This document shows positions 15,644-25,388 of a DNA stretch of 32,000 nucleotides, one piece after another (positions within the stretch are counted from its first letter, which is position 1; each line of letters begins with the position of its first letter). The stretch is from Polynucleobacter necessarius (GTDB taxonomy: Bacteria > Pseudomonadota > Gammaproteobacteria > Burkholderiales > Burkholderiaceae). A model generated the notes under the pieces. That model was given only the letters and a program-made list of their open reading frames with translations. It was not told where the DNA came from and did not search any database. Location of the stretch: assembly GCF_900095195.1 (NCBI RefSeq), contig NZ_LT606950.1:1251946-1283945 (forward strand), in the 5' to 3' direction. Made by a program: the position numbers and the translations under genes.

Positions 15644-17893
15644 ATGACCAATACAGATCACGCCCAAATACAACGCGTAGTTGCCAATTTAATGGAAAGA
15701 GGTCTTGGGCTACACCATCAGAATAATTTAGATGGTGCTCGCCTTAATTATGAAAAAGCTCTCCAACTCTCGCCAAATGACCCCAACATCTTAAAACCAC
15801 TTTCAGTTCTCAAAGCACAAATGGGGCATTTTCAAGAAGCACTAGATTTGGGAAATACTGCTCTTCAATATGCTGAAAATAAAGCTGAAATATTCAATAA
15901 TCAAGGGCTTATCCTTGAGCAACTTAATCGACCTCATGATGCGATTGAAAGCTTCAATGCTGCTATTCAGGCCTGTAGTAGTTATGCGCAAGCTTGCTTC
16001 AATCGAGGTAATGTTCTTCAGCAACTCAATCGATTTGAAGAAGCTATTGCAAGCTATGACGCAGCTATTAATGCTAACAATCAATATTCTGAAGCTTACT
16101 TCAATCGAGGTAATGTTCTTCAGCAACTCAATCGCTTTGAGGAGGCTATCGCCAGCTATGATCAGCTGATTAGACTTGGTGTTTATGATGCTGAAACATA
16201 TAACAATCGTGGCGTGCTACAACAGCGATTGATGCGCACTACTGAGGCAATTACTAGTTATGAGCATGCCATCAAAATTGATCCGAACTTCTCCGTTGCG
16301 TATTCAAATCTTGGAAATGCTCTCCGCGAACAGAAAAAATTAGAAAATGCTTTAAATTACTATAATCAGGCAATAAATCTGAACCCCCGTTTTTTGGATG
16401 CGTACTTTAATCGAGCAAACACCCTCCTAGAGCTGTCTCAAAATGAGGATGCATATAGAGACTATTGCAATAGTCTTGCAATAAATCCGGATTTCAGCCA
16501 AGCGCGTTGGGCGATACCCTTGACGCACATACCCTTTATGTTCAAAAAAAAAGAAAACTTAGAAAACTTAAGATCTCAATTTTCTAATGCCCTCAACGAT
16601 TTAGAAAATTGGCTGGATGATCATCAAAACGAAGAGACTTTTGAGGCAGTTAAAACAAATCTTCCATTTTTACTCGCATACCAAGAGCTCAACAACAAAG
16701 AACTTTTAGAAAAATATGGGGCCGTTGTTAATAAAGTAATGAGGCCTTGGCAGGAGAAGAATGTTCAGACTCGAAATATTGAAATTAGCTCCAAAATTAA
16801 TATTGGAATATTTGTTAGCAATCAAAAAAATAACTACTCAGTTTGGAATGCTATTACAAGTGGGTGGATCAATAACCTTGATAGCAATTTATTTAATATA
16901 AAAATCTTTAATCTAGGTGACCCTAGCGATATCAAAATAGAAGAAAGCAGATATCGATTAACAGCCGTCATAGATAATCAATTTTCTCTAGCTGATTGGA
17001 CAAAACGTGTGCTGGAAAATAATATCGAGGTACTTATTTATCCAGAGATCGGTATGCACCCAATGACAACTCAATTAGCAGCCTTGAGATTGGCCCCTAT
17101 TCAGATGGCCAGTTGGGGACATCCCGAGACAACTGGCTTAAAAACAATCGACTACTATCTCTCAGCAGAATTGTTTGAACCTGATAACAGCGAAAATTTT
17201 TATACTGAAGAATTAATCAAGCTTCCAAATCTTGGGTGTGCCTATAAAAAATTACCGATCAAACCTACCACCATTGATTTAAATGCCTTAGGTCTAAACG
17301 AAGACGAAGCAATATTTTTATGCCCAGGTGCATATTTTAAATATGCACCTGAATTTGACTGGGTATTGGCAAAAATTGCTAAAAGAATGGTGTGCTGCAA
17401 ATTTGTTTTTTTTGCTCAGCAAAAAACCTGGACCAGCATATTGGTTCAACGTTTAAGTAATGCATTTTCAGAAGAGGGTCTCTCTATTGAAGACTTTATT
17501 GTTTTTGCACCCTGGCTAAGTCCAGATCAGTTCTATGGTTTAATGTCAAAGGCTCATGTATTCCTAGACACCATAGGCTTCTCAGGCTTCAATACCGCCA
17601 TTCAAGCTATTGACTGTAATTTACCCATTGTCACTAGAGAAGGTAAATTTATGAGAGGTAGATTAGCTAGCGGCATACTCAAGCGCATTGGCCTACAAGA
17701 TCTCATTGTTGACTCAGAAGAATCCTACATTGATCTTGCTATCAAGTTAGCCACTAATGACCAATTTCGGAATAACATACAACAGAAGATTCGCAATAAT
17801 CAGAAATGCCTCTACGATGACCTAGAGCCCATTTCATATTTGGAGAAATTCTTGCTTAAAAAATGTAGGCCAGATGCATACCCAAACACTTGA
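15644..17893 (+). CDS. TPR-repeat protein with C-terminal SPINDLY/GT41-like glycosyltransferase domain (apparently intact paralog of 13946..15481)
   Basis: 749-aa uninterrupted ORF. It has about 8 or more TPR units in the N-terminal 290 aa. The C-terminal region (WGHPETTGLKTIDYYLSAELFEP...LPNLGCAYKK...FLDTIGFSGFNTAIQAI) has the pattern of bacterial COG3914/SPINDLY-type proteins. Confidence 0.8.
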   Translation: MTNTDHAQIQRVVANLMERGLGLHHQNNLDGARLNYEKALQLSPNDPNILKPLSVLKAQMGHFQEALDLGNTALQYAENKAEIFNNQGLILEQLNRPHDAIESFNAAIQACSSYAQACFNRGNVLQQLNRFEEAIASYDAAINANNQYSEAYFNRGNVLQQLNRFEEAIASYDQLIRLGVYDAETYNNRGVLQQRLMRTTEAITSYEHAIKIDPNFSVAYSNLGNALREQKKLENALNYYNQAINLNPRFLDAYFNRANTLLELSQNEDAYRDYCNSLAINPDFSQARWAIPLTHIPFMFKKKENLENLRSQFSNALNDLENWLDDHQNEETFEAVKTNLPFLLAYQELNNKELLEKYGAVVNKVMRPWQEKNVQTRNIEISSKINIGIFVSNQKNNYSVWNAITSGWINNLDSNLFNIKIFNLGDPSDIKIEESRYRLTAVIDNQFSLADWTKRVLENNIEVLIYPEIGMHPMTTQLAALRLAPIQMASWGHPETTGLKTIDYYLSAELFEPDNSENFYTEELIKLPNLGCAYKKLPIKPTTIDLNALGLNEDEAIFLCPGAYFKYAPEFDWVLAKIAKRMVCCKFVFFAQQKTWTSILVQRLSNAFSEEGLSIEDFIVFAPWLSPDQFYGLMSKAHVFLDTIGFSGFNTAIQAIDCNLPIVTREGKFMRGRLASGILKRIGLQDLIVDSEESYIDLAIKLATNDQFRNNIQQKIRNNQKCLYDDLEPISYLEKFLLKKCRPDAYPNT
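15992..16195. repeat. 102-bp (one TPR unit) intragenic tandem repeat, first ~66 nt of each unit near-identical
   Basis: 15992.. reads gcttgcttcaatcgaggtaatgttcttcagcaactcaatcgatttgaagaagctattgcaagctatgac. 16094.. reads gcttacttcaatcgaggtaatgttcttcagcaactcaatcgctttgaggaggctatcgccagctatgat. Both encode FNRGNVLQQLNRFEEAIASYD. Confidence 0.85.
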
Positions 17894-17931
17894 ATGGGGA
17901 TAAAAAATACTATTAATTGGAGACAACATTT

Positions 17932-17995
17932 GTGAAACACATAATAGTTCTTTGTTTTTTGATGTGAAACACATAATAGTTCTTTGTTTTTTGAT
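17932..17995. repeat. perfect 32-bp tandem duplication spanning the Bug-gene start codon
   Basis: Units 17932..17963 and 17964..17995 are both gtgaaacacataatagttctttgttttttgat. Confidence 0.95.
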
Positions 17996-18924
17996 ATTCA
18001 ACCCAGGAAATCTAGGCGCACAAACAAACTATCCCAATCGTTCCATTCAAACCATTATGCCGCTCCAAGCGGGTAGTGGTGTAGATATTTTGATGCGACC
18101 GATTGTGCAGAAGATGGGTGAAAGTCTTGGTCAAGCCATCACGATTGAAAATATTCCCGGTGGAGCGGGACTAATTGGTACAGCGAAGGTTGCTCAAAGT
18201 TCTCCCGATGGTTATGTGCTGGGTGCATTTAATGACAGCATTCTTACAATGTTGCCAAATCTCTACAAAAAAATTGACTACGATCCCGTTCAAAGTTTTA
18301 CGCCAATTTCCGAGGTGGCTGCGATTACATTTGTCATGGTTGCCAACCCATCTTTCCCTAGAAATACCGCTGCAGACCTCGTGCGCATTGCTAAAGAAAA
18401 ACCCGGCGAGATTGATTACACCTCTGGTGGCAATGGATCACCACAACACATCGGCATGGAAATATTCCGTCAATACACTGGCGCACCAATTGTGCATATC
18501 CCCTATCGCGGTGCCGCAGCAGCAGTGACTAATGTGATGGCCGGCCAAGTGCCTGTAATGATTAGCGCATTATCTGTAGTGCTACCGCATATTCGTGCTG
18601 GTAAATTGAAAGTACTAGGTGTGGCAAGTAAAACTCGATCTCCTTTGTTGCCCAATACACCGACCATCAATGAAAGCGTCAAAGGTTATGAATTTTCCAC
18701 ATGGGGGCTTTATTGGCGCCCAAAGGAAAACACCCCCAGCTGTGATTGAAAAACTCAACGATTCGCTAAATTTAGCGCTCAAAGACCAAAAGTTACGGGA
18801 ACAACTCATTCAACAGGGCTTTGAATTTGTACCTCTAGGACCTAGCCATCTTAAGGAGATGATCACACAGGGGTTAGTAAACATGAAAAAAGTTATCAAA
18901 GATGGAGGGATTCAACCGGATTAG
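17964..18924 (+). pseudogene. Bug-family (tripartite tricarboxylate transporter TctC-like) periplasmic substrate-binding protein, frameshifted
   Basis: VKHIIVLCFLIFNPGNLGAQ signal peptide, then PLQAGSGVDILMRPI...GGNGSPQHIGMEIF...IPYRGAAAAVTNVMAGQVPVM...YEFSTWG. The frame changes at the G5 run 18703..18707 and continues GFIGAQRKTPPAVIEKLNDSLNLALKDQKLREQLIQQGFEFV to the stop at 18924. The two ORF-track pieces (17952..18749 and 18619..18924) together give about 319 aa, the normal size for this family. Confidence 0.85.
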
Positions 18925-18952
18925 CGTCTGAATTAGATATCATTTTGACAAT

Positions 18953-18990
18953 AAAAAACGCCCGGCTTTCATAACCGGGCGTTTTTGTTT
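18953..18990. terminator. bidirectional rho-independent terminator between the Bug pseudogene and groEL
   Basis: Stem acgcccgg (18958..18965) pairs with ccgggcgt (18975..18982) over a 9-nt loop. It is flanked by an A6 run on the left and TTTTTGTTT on the right, so there is a T-run after the hairpin on both strands. Confidence 0.8.
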
Positions 18991-19017
18991 CTACGGTCAA
19001 GAGACCATAGGCAACTA

Positions 19018-20664
<1,647 letters not shown>

Positions 20665-20689
20665 TTAATTCCTCTCTTAAATTCCAAAA

Positions 20690-20980
20690 TTACTTCTGAA
20701 CAACAGCCATGATGTCGTCTTCACGCATCACGATGAGTTCTTCGTTATCCACTTTGACTGTTTGGCCAGCATATTTGCCAAACAACACACGATCGCCTAC
20801 TTTGACATCGAGTGCATTTAACTTGCCGGCCTCATCACGCTTGCCTGGTCCAACTGCCAGAATTTCACCTTGATCAGGCTTCTCCGCGGCAGCGTCAGGA
20901 ATGATGATTCCGGATGCAGTTTTTGATTCTTGATCCAAACGCTTGATGATTACGCGATCATGTAAAGGACGCAAATTCAT
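20690..20980 (-). CDS. groES: co-chaperonin GroES
   Basis: 96 aa: [29 protein letters not shown]... Confidence 0.98.
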   Translation of the reverse strand: MNLRPLHDRVIIKRLDQESKTASGIIIPDAAAEKPDQGEILAVGPGKRDEAGKLNALDVKVGDRVLFGKYAGQTVKVDNEELIVMREDDIMAVVQK

Positions 20981-21090
20981 CTCTCTTCTCCTATGTTAGT
21001 AAGTGTTAACTAATTAAAAAACTATATAAATCAATGCTTTGTGATCTCTCATGCGCAAAACTATCAGGGATTTGTATCAAAAGGCCTATT

Positions 21091-21117
21091 TTAGCACTCG
21101 CGCATTGGGAGTTCTGA
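21091..21117 (-). promoter_or_regulatory. CIRCE-like (HrcA operator) inverted repeat in the groES leader, one arm degenerate
   Basis: TTAGCACTC (21091..21099), then 9 nt (gcgcattgg), then GAGTTCTGA (21109..21117). The consensus is TTAGCACTC-N9-GAGTGCTAA, so one arm matches 9/9 and the other 7/9. It lies 111 nt upstream of the groES ATG. Confidence 0.6.
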
Positions 21118-21147
21118 TTATATAGGTCTGGTTCCAAGTATTTCAAG
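21117..21147 (-). promoter_or_regulatory. putative groESL promoter (sigma32-like and/or sigma70-like)
   Basis: On the minus strand, CTTGAAA (21147..21141), 14 nt, then CCTATATA (21126..21119) resembles sigma32 CTTGAA-N13-15-CCCCATnT. The same bases also read as TTGAAA (21146..21141), 18 nt, TATAAT (21122..21117). It directly abuts the CIRCE-like element. Confidence 0.45.
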
Positions 21148-21364
21148 GGTCGATCTCCATAAATTATTTAAGGATTTGGCCCCTATCTATATTTTGGAGG
21201 AGCTAGTAGGTCATTTCCTACAGATAAATCAGTCTTAAGCCCTTACCGCTCCAATCCGACCTGCCTAGACTGGACAGTCACCGATTGGAGAATGCTGATG
21301 AGCCAGAAATCCCGGCTGTACACGCTTGTAAAGGCATGGAAGAACAAACCCTTCCAAGAAGTAC

Positions 21365-22142
21365 ATGATGCCTGTGGCGCCCCCTTGGCTTGGCCTAAGT
21401 AGCCAGGCTCTTGAAGAACACCAAACCTGGTCAAAACGACAGGCTATTTGTCATGAACCCATTTTTAATTGCAAAGGAACAAAACTGACTGGATCACTAT
21501 TCAGACCCCTTCTCAATGCATCGGATTGGCAATTACTACGCCTATTCATGGAGGGGCTCGATACTATTTTCCTGCTGGTACCGCAGCGGTCGTTATATTC
21601 CTGGCATTTTGCCTATGCCAACGCATGCAATCGCCTCGAGTGACTATATCGACGCCCTGAGTGATCTCATCCTCAATTCACGTTTACCTGTGGGATTAGT
21701 GGCACTTGGCATGCAGACACTTCCTGAATCGAATCTTGCTGACTCTTGTAAGGAAGGTTTGTTACGCATGCGCCGCCTCGGCGTATTGCTACATTTCATG
21801 AACTACACAGGAGATCCAGAGCAGCTACATTGGATTCAAGAGTTGGAGATGGAAGGCATTCATTTCAATATGCCTCAACTTCGTAATCAAACTCTCTCGC
21901 ATGAACTATTCAAAAATATTCGACGCTCGTTGTACACCCAAACACAGCTTTACGCGAGTAAAGCAGGACTTGTTAAGGATTTAGAGAATCTATCTGTATG
22001 GCAAATAGATCATTGCTATGGCAGCGCCATGATGGCGCCTATTAGCCGCCATCAAATGCTTCACATTAACGACAGTCGAATCGCAAAAGCAATTTTTTCG
22101 CTGCACCACCATCAAAACCTAAACCAAAATGGAGACAAGTAA
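21365..22142 (+). pseudogene. possible stand-alone EAL-like domain protein with degenerate catalytic motifs, split by at least one frameshift
   Basis: The N-terminal piece (frame of 21365) reads ...QALEEHQTWSKRQAICHEPIFNCKGTKLTG..., resembling the EAL start (YQPI...G..G.E). The C-terminal piece (frame of 21516..22142) reads LPVGLVALGMQTLPES...LRMRRLGVLLHFMNYTGDPEQLHWIQELEMEGIHFNMPQL...ASKAGLVKDLENLSVWQIDHCYGSAMMAP. This is collinear with the ExxE / DDFGTGYSSL / KID / EGVE / QG blocks, but the catalytic residues are replaced. The frame switch falls around 21580..21640. The stop overlaps the regulator start (TAATG at 22140..22144). Confidence 0.4.
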
Positions 22143-22765
22143 TGAGAAAACGTGTGATGTTGGTAGATGATCATCCGGCCATGCTGATGGCACTCAAAAG
22201 TATGTTGCAAGAGCAACTCATGTTTGAAGTCGTTGGTCAAGCCCAAAATGGCGAGGAATGCTTGCGATCCATTAAAGAGGTGAATCAAAATACGGTTATC
22301 TTGGACCTCGATATGCCAAAGACAGATGGCTTTGATGTCATTCGAAGAATTGGACACCTGTATCCGGAAATTCGAATGTTAATTTTGTCCAACATGGATG
22401 AAGCGGTTTATGGCGGAAGGGTTCGCTCACTAGGAGGTCACGGTTTTGTTAATAAAACTGCGGGGGCTGATGTCATATCAGCCGCCTGCGTTGCCATCTC
22501 TCAAGGCTATAACTTTTTCACTCACGGTAAGAACGGCAATAGTTCATTAACAGACAATGACAAGCTTGCATTAATCTCTGACCGCGAATTACAGGTCATG
22601 AAATATCTCGGCAAGGGCAACACTAATCAGCAGATCTCAGACATGCTACATATCAGCAATAAAACCGTTGCCACATATAAGACGCGGGTATTTGATAAGC
22701 TGGGCATTAATAATATTGCAGATTTAATTTTGTTCTGCCGCATGAACAACATTATCGAGAGCTAA
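22142..22765 (+). CDS. NarL/FixJ-family response regulator, BvgA/EvgA-like (receiver plus LuxR-type HTH)
   Basis: 207-aa intact ORF with GGAGA 6 nt upstream. The receiver has acidic pocket LVDDHP, acceptor context ILDLDMPKTDG and a conserved Lys in GFVNK. The C-terminal HTH reads LSDRELQVMKYLGKGNTNQQISDMLHISNKTVATYKTRVFDKLG, close to the BvgA/EvgA xSNKTVSTYKTR motif as I recall it. Confidence 0.9.
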   Translation: MRKRVMLVDDHPAMLMALKSMLQEQLMFEVVGQAQNGEECLRSIKEVNQNTVILDLDMPKTDGFDVIRRIGHLYPEIRMLILSNMDEAVYGGRVRSLGGHGFVNKTAGADVISAACVAISQGYNFFTHGKNGNSSLTDNDKLALISDRELQVMKYLGKGNTNQQISDMLHISNKTVATYKTRVFDKLGINNIADLILFCRMNNIIES

Positions 22766-22770
22766 AAAGC

Positions 22771-23590
22771 ATGCGTCGGTTCATTGCCCACATGATTACT
22801 ATCTAAGGCTTTTTATTTAGCGGGGTATTGCATGTCTCGCCCTTAAGTCCTGCAGAGCAAAGATGGATCGACGCCCACCCAGTAGTGCATTTTAGTATTC
22901 ATGAAAATATGCTCCGTATCTTGACAACAAACCTTATGAAGCATCTCCTGGAGTCTTTTATTTACTATTACAGAAATTAGGGGATTTCACCCAACAAGAG
23001 TTTCGACCCAAGTGGCGAAAAACTGAACAGGAGGGTCTAGATCACCTATCAAGTGGTCAGGTCGATTTCATCATCGACCCACCCACCATAAATGATGAAT
23101 ATCTCCGATTTGGTTCTTTATCGGAGGCGATTTTCTGGGGACATGATGCTATTGTTACCAAACAAAATAGCTCAAATAAAGAACTCTTACCCAATACCGT
23201 GGCTTATTTTGATCGGGGACACGAAAATCCCCCCTAGCATCTAAGCAACAAGAACACCAATCGAGCAACCCTAACCAATTACTAATGAAGGAGGTGAATG
23301 ATCCTGGACTTTATAACCGAGAGCCATTTGCCTACCGCTGGCTTATTTCACATGAAGATGCGCCTCTTCATCGAGTGCTTGATCATTTCTTCAATAATCT
23401 TGACCCCATTGAATCACGCCAGATCTTTGCCATCGATATTGACAACTAAATGGATGGTAGCGTTAGCTCCAGCAGACTCGCTTGGCTTATAACTCTGTCC
23501 ATACTGATGGGAGACGCCACGCTGATATGGCATATACATAAACGTCAGCAACTCCTCCAGAGTCAGGGGCCAATGCCAACCAACCACTAA
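22771..23590 (+). pseudogene. sensor histidine kinase remnant: signal peptide, one periplasmic PBP-type (family 3 solute-binding-like) domain and TM helix only; cytoplasmic transmitter deleted
   Basis: It starts 5 nt after the regulator stop. MRRFIAHMITI is followed by TAA (22804..22806), then ...LSPAEQRWIDAHPVVHFSIHE. A frameshift in the A-run near 22905 leads to KYAPYLDNKPYEASPGVFYLLLQKLGDFTQQEFRPKWRKTEQEGLDHLSSGQVDFIIDPP...VAYFDRGHENPP. A frameshift near the C6 run (23229..23234) leads to ...NDPGLYNREPFAYRWLISHEDAPLHRVLDHFFNNLDPIESRQIFAIDIDN. TAA follows (23447..23449), then MDGSVSSSRLAWLITLSILMGDATLIWHIHKRQQLLQSQ, a TM helix followed by a basic linker. No HisKA, HATPase, receiver or HPt sequence follows. 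Confidence 0.65.
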
Positions 23591-24296
23591 CTGCCCAGTT
23601 CTCGGGCGAATTTCCTAGTGGATGCAAAGGGGTCAATTACAACGTAGTCGCATTGGACGCCAACACATTTTTAACCCAAGGCTTTGCGGCAGCTTGGGAG
23701 TTGGCTGGTGGATCTTGGGTTAACCCACCTACTGGCAAAGACGGCACCACTCCACTGGCAGCCAAACTCCTTCTGCAATTTGAGGGCATCAGCCTTGCAG
23801 ATGATGTGCTAGATATTAATAAGTATTCCAATAATGTCATGGCGCGTCAGCTCTTATTAACGCTCGCACTTGAGAAAATCGGTAAACCCGCTACAACCGT
23901 CAATGGCGAACTGGTCATCCAAAGTTGGCTCAAGCAAAATGGCTTATTGTTCCCTGGGCTTACTATTGAAAACGGCTCAGGACTATCTCGAAATGAAGCA
24001 ATCTCTACTGGACAGATGAATCAATTGCTACTGACTGCAAGAAACCCCTCAGTCGGCGAAATTTTTTACAACAGCCTTCCTATTGCGAGATCAGATGGAA
24101 CCATGCGCAATCGCTTAATGACGCAACTTCGCAAATTTTTACATCTTAAGAAAAAGCCTGAAGCCAGAATTAAGACGGGTTCGCTTGCTGATGTGAGGGC
24201 TATCTCTGGATATGTAGTCAGCAAATCCGGAAAGCTGTATTCGGTGAGCTCATTTATTAACCATCCGAATGCCTGGAAGGGTCTTGAAGCGCACGA

Positions 24297-25388
<1,092 letters not shown>

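Noticed and set aside
15842-16169. ORFs 15842..16126 (-) and 15870..16169 (+) overlapping the TPR gene
   Set aside because: They are alternative-frame or antisense readings of the repetitive TPR-coding DNA. The 749-aa frame explains the region.
17932-17995. 32-bp direct repeat considered as a minimal CRISPR-like array
   Set aside because: The two units are directly adjacent with no spacer, there are only two copies, and no cas genes are nearby. It is a simple tandem duplication.
13946-18924. Calling the AT-rich TPR-GT41/Bug segment a genomic island or mobile element
   Set aside because: I could find no integrase, transposase, flanking tRNA or direct-repeat boundaries. Only the compositional shift is reported, as a finding.
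21249-21290. Inverted repeat ctccaatc ... gattggag (8-bp arms, 26-nt loop) upstream of the EAL-like gene
   Set aside because: The arms are short, the loop is long and there is no T-run. This is not distinguishable from chance, so I make no terminator or operator call.
21243-21434. 63-aa minus-strand ORF between the groES promoter and the EAL-like gene
   Set aside because: No start context or motifs, and it overlaps the plus-strand EAL-like N-terminal frame. Probably spurious.
23298-23840. ORFs 23298..23492 (+) and 23637..23840 (-)
   Set aside because: The first is an off-frame reading within the kinase remnant. The second is antisense to the dacB remnant. Neither has recognisable features.
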